Translations under genes and position numbers: made by a program
DNA from: an uncultured Clostridia bacterium
GTDB taxonomy: Bacteria > Bacillota > Clostridia > Oscillospirales > Acutalibacteraceae
Length of the DNA: 64,000 nt
Reading direction: 5' to 3'
Assembly (NCBI GenBank): GCA_947305745.1
Contig: CAMZEH010000005.1
Coordinates: forward strand, 5,339-69,338
The notes under the pieces: generated by a model
Told to the model about the DNA's origin: nothing
The model's database searches: none
What the model saw: only the letters and a program-made list of their open reading frames with translations
Shown: one piece after another, positions 16,527 through 25,625 of the stretch
Position numbering within the stretch: the stretch's first letter is position 1
Layout of the letters: each line of letters begins with the position of its first letter

Positions 16527-19500
16527 ATGAAAAAGATTTTCTATAATCTAAAACTCGCAAATTCAAAATTTATTTGGTGCATTGCCGCGCTTTTTATGAT
16601 ACTCTCTTTTGCCGTTAAAGTTGATTGTACCGACGGATTTAGTAAAAGCATAATAGCTTTGCCTAAAGCCGAAAATGGCATAGAAAAAATAGAATATATA
16701 GTGAACGGCGAAGCAAAAGGCAGCACGGATGGTGTAGACTCTATCGAACTCGAGGCCGGTGCTAAAATTACTTTCGCCGTTAAATTCGAGTCCGAAGGAT
16801 ACGGGAAGTTACACGTCAGAAATGTCAAAATAAAATCCGAAAACGGCTCTGTTCTGAGGTTCAATACCTATGCAAAAGATGATGAAGGCAATTTTGTACT
16901 TATGAGAGTCGAGGACAGCGCACCCATAAATCCCGATCAAACTTACGTTTCTTCCGATTACATTGTAAGAAAAGATGACAAGCTTTCTTTTGAAGGCATA
17001 GAAGAGGACAAATACCTCGTCAAGATCGCCGATGAAAATAATGATGTAAACCTTTCCGATGCGGTAAAGCTCAAATATGCCGAAAACGGCGGAAACTACA
17101 TCGAGGCGGAATTTTCAGAGGGAGAAAACGCATTTTTAATAAATAATCTCACAAAAAGCTCAAACGTAAAGCTGATGTTCGAATTCACGGAAGGTTATAC
17201 AAATTCGGATCTATCTTTGGTAAATTCTGAAAATCAAATAGCAATAGATACAAAATCAAAAATATGCACCCTCCCACAGCTCAAAGGCGACATTGATTTA
17301 GAAATAAGAAATCTGAAAAAAAACAGCTATAGTGTTACTTTTAATGAATATTCAAACGCTAAATTTTCGTACAGAATTGCAGGCTCAGACGACGAATTTA
17401 CATCTTCTGAAATTTTAAAAGTGAACTACGGTGACTGTCTGGAAATTAAATGTGCCACAAGCAGTGATGATATCCTTAAATCGGGCGATGTGACGGCAAA
17501 CGGTAAAGTTATAGCAAAAAATAACGGTATATATACTTTGGAGAACATAAAAGATCACTACAGCATAGCAATTACGCCAAAAGTAAATGCTATATACACA
17601 ATTTCGCTCCCCGAAAATGAAGACAGAATAAAACTTTGTGATACCTTTGGCAATGAAGTTTCCGAAATTAACGCAAAGCAAAATGATTCCGTAGACCTTA
17701 AAATTATTCCGAGCGACGCATACAGCAAAAACTTTATCTTAGCCGAAATGTACGCTGTACCAATGAGCAAACTCACGAACGGCAACTATGATATATACGC
17801 CGACCCCGAAGAAGCAAAATCATTTTTGCTGCTGCCCTCCGGCGATTTCCTCTACACGCTTAAAAACATTAACGAACCTGTGAAAATCATCGCCGGTAAA
17901 ATGGATAAAAACATTTATACCGTAACGCTGCCCGAAAAAATAATCGGCGCAAATGCGCAGATCGAGCCAAGCGAAAATATAACACAAATTACCGAAAATA
18001 AATTCAAAGTTGTTCACGGAATGGATTTGGTAGTAAACCTCGAAGCACAAGCAGGTTATGATTTGTCCACAATAAACGCGAGCGATGTGGATAATTCCGT
18101 TGAAGTCAAGAAAGATGGTAATAAATACACATTTAAAAATATCGACAGCGACAAATATATAATAATAAACGGAGCTTCGGCATCTTCATGCAAAGTTTCG
18201 TTTGACGGTAATGATATAGTCGCGACAAGCGAAAATGGACACACATGGGAAAATAACAGCGCCTCGATAAAATATCAAGAAGGCACACTGAAATTTAAGG
18301 TGCGTCCCGCCGATAACGCAGGCAATCCGAACGAAGACATTCCGCTGAGCATAAAATCTGGCAGCGGAAAACTCGAAAAAATTTCTTCGGAAAAAAATAT
18401 GTATTCACTGAGCGGGGTTACGGATAACATCGTTCTCAGCGCGAATAGAGCGCAAAGCTCCGACGTTACGATAGCTCTCAAATCTGACGATGATGACATA
18501 CAATTTACTGATGCAGATGACGAAAATATCATTCTCCCCGAAGAAAACACTGTAAAATACGGCACTGATCTCAAATTTAAAGTCCTTTCAAAAAGCGGAA
18601 GAAGCACAGACAATGCTTCGATTATGTCCAGCGTTTCAAATCCCATCACACCGAGCGATACTTCTTCAAATACATTTTCGGTCACTGCGCTACGTTCCGG
18701 AACAACTCTCGCCAATACAAGAGAAACCGCTAAAACGGGGCATTATGTAGACCTATGTGAAAATATTTATTCGCCCGATTCCCCCTCCTCTGCAAAAGCA
18801 TATTCCGGAGTGGCATCTTTTTCAATGGAACAGGCAATCCCTTTGCCGTTGGTTGTACTAAGTAAAGATCCCGAGGCTTGCGAATGTATAAACCAACCGG
18901 AAAAAATCCAGCTTTCCCCAACGGGTACCGACCCAACCTTGATGGTAAACGATCCTAACTATAAGTTAATAGAAACAGGCGAAACACCGGAAGAAAACTT
19001 GTATGAGTCGGAGCTAATCTTACCCCAGATCTTATATGGCAACACGGTACTGGATAACCAAAAATTCAAATTAAACTTTAAAATAAGTCATTACACGATC
19101 ATAGGTGGGGACACGGCGTCAAGCGGATATCCGACACAAGTGTTGTTCGTGAAAGAGATACTTCAAGGAAAAAGCGGCGCAAATGACGTGGAGCGCGTTA
19201 TACCAAGTACTGACGCAGCTGTTCCGGCTACGGCAATAAGCGAAAAAACCACAGGAGATTACTATGCGCAAAAAACCATAGATGAATACACTCCTGACGG
19301 TTCCTCAGCCTTACAATATTTACCCGATTGCTATTGTCAAGGATTTGGAGTTTTATATAAATGGGTATCACTGGACAGAAATCTCGATTATGATGTTAAT
19401 CATCAGTCAACACTCGAATATAAAGACTTAGATAATATTTCCTCTGATTTTAATATAACAACATATTCTCCCGATTACGACAGTGATAATTATGCGAGGT

Positions 19501-22500
19501 TTGATTTTAAACCTGCTACAAGCAAATTCAAAATATATCTTGAAAAAGGAAAAACATTCGCAAGCGGAGTGACCGAGCCAATATCTTTAAATGAAGGAGC
19601 TCACGCGAAACTTACTCAAAGTATTGTACAGGATGGTGCGTACTGCTATATTGACTGTACGCTAACGGCCACGGCGTTTGACAAATCAATCTCTCTAAAT
19701 TGGTCAAATAATTCACAAATAGAGAATCTTAAACATGATATCAAATATAACCCAATAGGAGGAATTTGCAGAAACTCTCAAAAAACCGAAACAACAGCCG
19801 ACCAAGTTGGATATGCGCAGGGACTTACCTTCTATACAGAGCCGAAAGAAGGGTATATGTACACTGATTCTCTAAGAATATTAAAGAATCAAACATTCTA
19901 TAATGTTGATGATATTTCAAAAATAAAAATTATAGATAATACCAATGAAGCAAGCTATAACGGTGAATGGATAAAACTGTCATATTCAGATTCGGATCCG
20001 GGGCTCTTTATAAGGGCGATTATGGAGGATTCTCAAATAAAATACGAAATTGCGGGAAGTACAGAAACGATAAGTGAATACATCATCAAAAATAACGATG
20101 CGTCCGGCACCGAAAACGTCAATTACTCCAAAGTTGTCCCCTCCGAGATCATCACCCCCGAAGGAGTGACGACAGATCTACAAATTACTTCCACAAGAAT
20201 TCTGCGCAAGGTCACTGTAACTTTTAGTTACTCTGAAGGCAGCGAATACACACAAATCGACGGAACGGTCATCGAAGATACGCAGAAAACTCTAAATTAC
20301 GGAGAAGCATTGGCATTTAAAGTTGTGGCCAAAGACGGTTACGACATATCAAATATACAGGTAACGGCCTCAACAGCAACAACTACAAACATACTGCCCC
20401 TTACAAACGGTATGTACGTACTCGTTAACGTAAGCGAACCGACTACAATTTCGGTCAGCGGGATTGAAAAATCAAACATATTACTTCAATTCGAACAGTA
20501 TGAGGGGGTAAAATATAAAAACACGGCGGGTGGAGAATATCTACTACGGCAAGAAATTCCTTATTACCAAGAAATCCCGTTCCAAATAGAGATTGATGAG
20601 AGTTATTCTCAAAAAGCTGAAAACATAAAAGCATACGTAAACGGTGAAGAATTTTCCGACTCGCCTGACAGTGAAAATCCGCGCCCGTACGTTGACAACA
20701 ACCTTTATATAATTCCACGAGAATGTGTAAATCAAGATATTAAAATTACGCTTTCAGGGCTTGAAGTAAATAAATATTCAGTCTTATTAAAACCCTCAAA
20801 TGGAATTAAATATTATGACACAACGGGTGAAAACATTCTCCCCGAAAACAATGGAAACATAAATTACGGCAATTCGTTTAAGTTCCGACTCCAGGCAGAT
20901 TATGGTTACGATATATCTAACGTTGAAGTCATCGCAAAAAGAAACTCAGGCGGCGGCTCACCCGTTACGTTGATACCTGCAAACGGAATTTATACAATCG
21001 ATAACATAACATCAGATTATGTCGTTACGGTTTCGGGAATTTCAAAGCAGCAGCATACCGTAGAATTCCGAACCGTTACAGGCGTAGCGTGTATAGATTC
21101 TTACGGGAAAACGCTTCCTTCAAGCATAACCGTTTCGGACGGAGATGATTATTCATTCTACCTTTCGTTTGATCCCGCATACAGCAAATCCAAAGACACC
21201 GCCGATGTTACCATTAAGGGTACAAACAACAAGGTACCGCACGATTCAAGCGGGAAATATACACTTTCGAACATAACCGAAAATAAAATCGTGGAAATAA
21301 TAAATGTAACTAAAAATTCATACACTGCAACATTTGTTCCGGCGGAGGGTGTGGTCTACAGGACAGCCAAAGGTAAAGAATTCAGCGGAACACTCAATGT
21401 TGAGTACGGAGAATCGCTATATTTTAAAATTTCACTTCTGGACGCGTATGATCAGTCAACGCCTGCGGTTAAGATGAATGGCACAAAGAGCCTTCTTGAA
21501 AACAGCGGCTCATATGTGCTTGAGAACATCAGCGAAGATGTGACGGTGACGGTCGAAAACGTTGAAAAAAATCCCGAAGAAGTCACTATAGACTATATTC
21601 AGAACGTACCGGACCCCGTCAGAAACGAAGATGACGTAAATGCAGTAGTTGCTGCGACAAAAGCATACAATTCTCTCTCCGATGAGGAAAAGAAGCTGGT
21701 AACAAACAAACAAGCACTCGAAAAGGCTCAAAACGAGGCCGGAAATATAAATCACACCTCAAACGGCACGACAATAAGCGGGGTTGACTGGAATGTGAAA
21801 TTAATAGTTACACCGCTGAGTGATAATGAAGAAGAAATGAACTCGTTCGCTGAAGATGTGGATCGCAGAAGTGTGCTTTCGCTTTACAGGGCTGAACTGA
21901 TAGATTTGCTCACCGGCGAAAACTACAGCATACCGTATGGCAAAAGCGTACAAATAACCATGCCATGCCCCGATCTCACGGGATATAAAAATATAACAGT
22001 TGCGCACAGAAATTTGGCGGATAACATGGAATATCTCGATCCGAATATCATCGGCGAAACTGTTAAATTCGCCACGAGTTCTATGGGGCTGTTCGGAGTA
22101 GCGGGAAAAGAAATCCCGAATTACTCGAAAAACACTTCGGATATGTCAATTTCTATGGGGAATCTTGTTTCCGACGACGACGAACTCAAAACATTACTCG
22201 GAGAAGACCTGAGTTCTGAGCTTGGACACCTTATAGATTTGGAAGATGAAAACAGCAAAAAAAGCAATAACGCCAATGCCGGTGGCGAAAACGGATCGAG
22301 AGGCTCGGAAGGTTCAGACTCACTGCTAAACAGTATGGCCAGTGGTATATCAGCTTTTGCAAATTCACTATACAACTGGGCGATGGATAACGAATTCCTT
22401 GCAGTCTTGGCGATTTTGCTTCTTGGCTCGCTCTTGATACTCATTATTCTCCTCGCGAATCGCAAAAAAGATAAAAAAGATGACAACATTGAAAAGAGTG

Positions 22501-22508
22501 ACGAATAA
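16527..22508 (+). CDS. Giant (1994-aa) repeat-rich cell-surface protein with N-terminal signal/anchor and C-terminal TM anchor
   Basis: One uninterrupted ORF. ATG 16527 lies 7 nt after GGAGGA. The N-terminal hydrophobic segment is FIWCIAALFMILSFAV. Many ~90-100-aa repeats share the pattern K.(S/I)Y(T/S)V.F ... YG..L.F ... GYD.S ... NG.Y.L.NI..D. The C-terminus is FLAVLAILLLGSLLILIILLANRKKDKKDD. No LPXTG motif was seen. Confidence 0.8.
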   Translation: MKKIFYNLKLANSKFIWCIAALFMILSFAVKVDCTDGFSKSIIALPKAENGIEKIEYIVNGEAKGSTDGVDSIELEAGAKITFAVKFESEGYGKLHVRNVKIKSENGSVLRFNTYAKDDEGNFVLMRVEDSAPINPDQTYVSSDYIVRKDDKLSFEGIEEDKYLVKIADENNDVNLSDAVKLKYAENGGNYIEAEFSEGENAFLINNLTKSSNVKLMFEFTEGYTNSDLSLVNSENQIAIDTKSKICTLPQLKGDIDLEIRNLKKNSYSVTFNEYSNAKFSYRIAGSDDEFTSSEILKVNYGDCLEIKCATSSDDILKSGDVTANGKVIAKNNGIYTLENIKDHYSIAITPKVNAIYTISLPENEDRIKLCDTFGNEVSEINAKQNDSVDLKIIPSDAYSKNFILAEMYAVPMSKLTNGNYDIYADPEEAKSFLLLPSGDFLYTLKNINEPVKIIAGKMDKNIYTVTLPEKIIGANAQIEPSENITQITENKFKVVHGMDLVVNLEAQAGYDLSTINASDVDNSVEVKKDGNKYTFKNIDSDKYIIINGASASSCKVSFDGNDIVATSENGHTWENNSASIKYQEGTLKFKVRPADNAGNPNEDIPLSIKSGSGKLEKISSEKNMYSLSGVTDNIVLSANRAQSSDVTIALKSDDDDIQFTDADDENIILPEENTVKYGTDLKFKVLSKSGRSTDNASIMSSVSNPITPSDTSSNTFSVTALRSGTTLANTRETAKTGHYVDLCENIYSPDSPSSAKAYSGVASFSMEQAIPLPLVVLSKDPEACECINQPEKIQLSPTGTDPTLMVNDPNYKLIETGETPEENLYESELILPQILYGNTVLDNQKFKLNFKISHYTIIGGDTASSGYPTQVLFVKEILQGKSGANDVERVIPSTDAAVPATAISEKTTGDYYAQKTIDEYTPDGSSALQYLPDCYCQGFGVLYKWVSLDRNLDYDVNHQSTLEYKDLDNISSDFNITTYSPDYDSDNYARFDFKPATSKFKIYLEKGKTFASGVTEPISLNEGAHAKLTQSIVQDGAYCYIDCTLTATAFDKSISLNWSNNSQIENLKHDIKYNPIGGICRNSQKTETTADQVGYAQGLTFYTEPKEGYMYTDSLRILKNQTFYNVDDISKIKIIDNTNEASYNGEWIKLSYSDSDPGLFIRAIMEDSQIKYEIAGSTETISEYIIKNNDASGTENVNYSKVVPSEIITPEGVTTDLQITSTRILRKVTVTFSYSEGSEYTQIDGTVIEDTQKTLNYGEALAFKVVAKDGYDISNIQVTASTATTTNILPLTNGMYVLVNVSEPTTISVSGIEKSNILLQFEQYEGVKYKNTAGGEYLLRQEIPYYQEIPFQIEIDESYSQKAENIKAYVNGEEFSDSPDSENPRPYVDNNLYIIPRECVNQDIKITLSGLEVNKYSVLLKPSNGIKYYDTTGENILPENNGNINYGNSFKFRLQADYGYDISNVEVIAKRNSGGGSPVTLIPANGIYTIDNITSDYVVTVSGISKQQHTVEFRTVTGVACIDSYGKTLPSSITVSDGDDYSFYLSFDPAYSKSKDTADVTIKGTNNKVPHDSSGKYTLSNITENKIVEIINVTKNSYTATFVPAEGVVYRTAKGKEFSGTLNVEYGESLYFKISLLDAYDQSTPAVKMNGTKSLLENSGSYVLENISEDVTVTVENVEKNPEEVTIDYIQNVPDPVRNEDDVNAVVAATKAYNSLSDEEKKLVTNKQALEKAQNEAGNINHTSNGTTISGVDWNVKLIVTPLSDNEEEMNSFAEDVDRRSVLSLYRAELIDLLTGENYSIPYGKSVQITMPCPDLTGYKNITVAHRNLADNMEYLDPNIIGETVKFATSSMGLFGVAGKEIPNYSKNTSDMSISMGNLVSDDDELKTLLGEDLSSELGHLIDLEDENSKKSNNANAGGENGSRGSEGSDSLLNSMASGISAFANSLYNWAMDNEFLAVLAILLLGSLLILIILLANRKKDKKDDNIEKSDE

Positions 22509-22524
22509 AACCGAATAAAAGAAC

Positions 22525-22563
22525 AAATCCCCTTCGCTTTACGGCGGAGGAGATTTTTATTTA
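22525..22563. terminator. Hairpin terminator between convergent genes
   Basis: AAATCCCCTTCG / CGGAGGAGATTT stem (one mismatch, one G-U), followed by TTTTATTT on the plus strand. Confidence 0.55.
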
Positions 22564-22600
22564 GTATCAAAAATCACTATATAAAACTGAGTTCTTATGT

Positions 22601-22762
22601 TTAGTTTATGCTCGCTTCAAGATATTCTTCAAGCTCACGATCTTCGCGTTTTTTCTTACGGTCGAGCAGCCACAACCCAGCCACCACGATAGATGCAACG
22701 GTTATTATAGAAGTTATTATTCCCACGATTATCGTTAATCCGCATCTGTTTTTTTCTTTCAT
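22601..22762 (-). CDS. 53-aa single-pass membrane protein (not in ORF track)
   Basis: MKEKNRCGLTIIVGIITSIITVASIVVAGLWLLDRKKKREDRELEEYLEASIN. The ATG lies 9 nt after AAGGAG, with its own promoter-like element upstream. The opposite-strand 80-aa track ORF is low-complexity. Confidence 0.55.
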   Translation of the reverse strand: MKEKNRCGLTIIVGIITSIITVASIVVAGLWLLDRKKKREDRELEEYLEASIN

Positions 22763-22793
22763 AAAAATTATCTCCTTTTCTTCTCTTAAAACT

Positions 22794-22822
22794 ATAATAT
22801 ATATTTTGGAGACTCAAGTCAA
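22794..22822 (-). promoter_or_regulatory. Sigma-A-like promoter for the 53-aa ORF
   Basis: The minus strand reads TTGACT, 17 nt, then TATTAT. Confidence 0.45.
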
Positions 22823-22838
22823 TTTTAATTTGTCGAAC

Positions 22839-25223
22839 TTATACTTTTGATTTTCTGAATCTTAATTTAAAAATTTTCTGCCAGTTTATCTGTGAAAAGT
22901 ATAAATATGTTATGACGGCAAAAATAGCCATCGGAACTAAAATCAGAACGTTCACTGGTTTGAGCCTTTCAATTTCGAAAAATCCATAGAATTTTGTTAT
23001 TGCAACGAGAAACGCTACAACAACTGAGTATAAAAGCGTTTTTCGTGTACCGTTTAATGGTTTTGAAACATTATAAAGCAATGTAGAACCAAGCAGTGCA
23101 GTCAACATTACGGTCAAAAATGAGTATCGTTCTTGGGATATTCCACACCATGAATATATTCCGACACATGCCATCAGAACAGTTACGACAGATAACGCTG
23201 CGGGCAAAGATTTTGATAATATATTTTGAAATAAATCCCCGTGAATTTTTTCCCTGTTTGGCTCAAGGCCGAGTATAAATGACGGAATTCCGATCATTAG
23301 TGCGCTGATTAGCGTCATTTGTATGGGGATAAATGGATACGGCGCAGGAATTATAAAAAATAAGAAAGCGAGTAAGAATGAATAAATAGTTTTTGATAAA
23401 AATAGTGAAGATGAGCGCTGGAGATTGTTGATAGCTTTGCGCCCTTCGGCAACAGCTCTAGGCATAGAAGCAAAGTCTGAGTTAAGAAGTACGAGATGTG
23501 CTACATTCCTGGCTATTTCGCTTCCGTTTGCCATAGCCACGCCGCAGTCTGCCTCTTTCATCGCAAGTACATCATTTACGCCATCCCCTACCATTGCAAC
23601 CGTGTGGCCGTCTGATTTCAGCACTTTAATTATGTCTTGTTTTTGGTTAGGTGTTACTCTCCCGAATATAGTATATTTCGAAACGGCGGATTTTATTTCT
23701 TCAAACGATTTTAAATTCGTCGCGTCAATATAATCTTCGGCATTTTTTAGGTTTACTCGTCTTGCTATCTGTGAAACAGTAATCGGGTCATCGCCCGAAA
23801 TAACTTTAATATCCACACCTTGATTTTTAAAGAAGCTAAGTGTTTTTTCGGCATTAAATCTTATTTTGTCTTTTATGAGTATCAGCGCCATGAGCTGGAC
23901 TCCGGACGGGATATTATCGTCATCAAAATCAAAACTCGAATGCGCCAGCACCAAAACTCTGTAATTTTTTGAAAATTTCTCGATTTCATTATTACATCCG
24001 AGCCGCTTTTCGCCGAAAATAAACTTTACCGCACCGAGTATATACGACCCGCTTTGCGGAATATGCACTCCCGACCACTTTTTATCGGAAGAAAATGGAT
24101 AAATTTTATCTGCAAACTTATAATTTTTATCGGGTAAAAAGTTTCGTTTGATTGCTTTAAAAGTTTCGTTGTTGTCCGCCAAATTTGAGGTCAAAAACTT
24201 TAGTGCTCTTGAAACTTCATCTTTTGAAAAGCTATTTTTGGGGAGTATATCTTCAATTTCAAGTGTACCTTCTGTGATTGTGCCGGTTTTGTCAAGACAT
24301 AGTGTATCTACTCTTGCGAGTGTTTCGAGCGAATATATGTCTTGCACAAGAACTTTTTTGCGTGACAGTCTGACTACACCTACCGCCAGGACTGAGCTTG
24401 TGAGCAGCACCAAACCTTCGGGTATCATGCCCGTGAGGGCGGCAGCAGTACCCTCGATTGCACAAATGTAATTGCCACCTGATGAAGTGAGTTGCCTGTA
24501 AAATAGCATGGCACCCATAGGAATTATCGCGATAGAGATTATTTGTATAATTTTTCCGAGCGATGACATAATTTCAGATTTCGTCTTTTTAATTAGTTTT
24601 GTGCCTTTTAAAATTGACGATGAAAAGCTATTTTCGCCGATACCTTTCGCTTGAGCCATGCAGTTACCACTCACAACATAGCTTCCGGAAAACAATTTAT
24701 CACCGACTTTTTTGGTTATAGAATCGGATTCGCCGGTCAGCAGAGATTCGTTCACGCTACACTCACCTTTAAGCACAACACAGTCGGCCGAGATTTGATT
24801 CCCACTCTCGAAGATTATGATGTCATCTATTACGATATCCTCTACATTTATATTTTGATTTTTTCCGTTACGAATTACCGTGGCTTCGTTTGATGAAATA
24901 AGATTTAATTTATCGATAGTGCGTTTTGCTTTTATTTCTTGCCAAATGCCGATAAAAGCATTGCATATTACAACGCCCATAAACATAAGATTTCTGTAAG
25001 ATCCAACGCACAAAATAGCAATAGCCAGAACCAAGTTTACAAAATTAAATAGATTAAAAAGATTGTCTTTTATAATTTGTTTAGTGGTTTTACCGGGATT
25101 TGTTTTGTCTTTATTTATAAGACCGTCTTGAATTCGCTCTTTTACTTGCACATCGGAAAGGCCAAAATCTATATCCGGGTGGTAATTTTTGATAAAATGC
25201 TCTGCATTTTTAACCTTAACCAT
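22839..25223 (-). CDS. Cation-translocating P-type ATPase (P2-like, PEGL motif)
   Basis: TGES (LLTGESDS), PEGL, phosphorylation site DKTGTITEG, hinge VGDGVNDVLAMKEAD. About 10 predicted TM helices. Confidence 0.85.
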   Translation of the reverse strand: MVKVKNAEHFIKNYHPDIDFGLSDVQVKERIQDGLINKDKTNPGKTTKQIIKDNLFNLFNFVNLVLAIAILCVGSYRNLMFMGVVICNAFIGIWQEIKAKRTIDKLNLISSNEATVIRNGKNQNINVEDIVIDDIIIFESGNQISADCVVLKGECSVNESLLTGESDSITKKVGDKLFSGSYVVSGNCMAQAKGIGENSFSSSILKGTKLIKKTKSEIMSSLGKIIQIISIAIIPMGAMLFYRQLTSSGGNYICAIEGTAAALTGMIPEGLVLLTSSVLAVGVVRLSRKKVLVQDIYSLETLARVDTLCLDKTGTITEGTLEIEDILPKNSFSKDEVSRALKFLTSNLADNNETFKAIKRNFLPDKNYKFADKIYPFSSDKKWSGVHIPQSGSYILGAVKFIFGEKRLGCNNEIEKFSKNYRVLVLAHSSFDFDDDNIPSGVQLMALILIKDKIRFNAEKTLSFFKNQGVDIKVISGDDPITVSQIARRVNLKNAEDYIDATNLKSFEEIKSAVSKYTIFGRVTPNQKQDIIKVLKSDGHTVAMVGDGVNDVLAMKEADCGVAMANGSEIARNVAHLVLLNSDFASMPRAVAEGRKAINNLQRSSSLFLSKTIYSFLLAFLFFIIPAPYPFIPIQMTLISALMIGIPSFILGLEPNREKIHGDLFQNILSKSLPAALSVVTVLMACVGIYSWCGISQERYSFLTVMLTALLGSTLLYNVSKPLNGTRKTLLYSVVVAFLVAITKFYGFFEIERLKPVNVLILVPMAIFAVITYLYFSQINWQKIFKLRFRKSKV

Positions 25224-25310
25224 TGAAAACTCCTTTCAAAAGATCCGATATAATAAATTATAAATATTTTGCGCATTAAGTCAAATTACATTCACGGGAG
25301 AGATGAAATT

Positions 25311-25604
25311 TTGTTATGCCGAATTGTCGATATGAAGAATAAGGAAGTTATAAGCATTCAAGACGGATGCAGAATCGGTTGCGTAAATGACGTGGAAGTG
25401 GATATGCTCAATGCTCGCCTCGTCGCGATAATCGTTTATGGAAAACTCAAGTTTTTCGGAATTTTTGGCCGAGAAGAAGATGTAGTTATAAAGTGGGAAA
25501 ATATAAAAGTCGTCGGAGAAGATACGATTTTAGTTGAATACAATCCGGTTTGCAGACGTAAAAAAACTAAGCTATTCCCAGGGCTTTTTAAATGCTGGAA
25601 ATAG
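25311..25604 (+). CDS. YlmC/YmxH family sporulation protein (PRC-barrel)
   Basis: IVDMKNKEVISIQDGCRIGCVNDVEVD ... IKWENIKVVGEDTILVE is the typical family pattern. The TTG at 25311 lies 8 nt after GGGAGAG. ATG 25332 is an alternative start. Confidence 0.75.
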   Translation: MLCRIVDMKNKEVISIQDGCRIGCVNDVEVDMLNARLVAIIVYGKLKFFGIFGREEDVVIKWENIKVVGEDTILVEYNPVCRRKKTKLFPGLFKCWK

Positions 25605-25625
25605 CCTACTATTTTTAAAATTCTA

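Noticed and set aside
22608-22850. 80-aa plus-strand ORF from the track
   Set aside because: It is a low-complexity Ser/Ile-rich translation with no RBS. It lies antisense to a better-supported 53-aa minus-strand ORF (promoter plus AAGGAG RBS) and overlaps the 3' end of the P-type ATPase gene.
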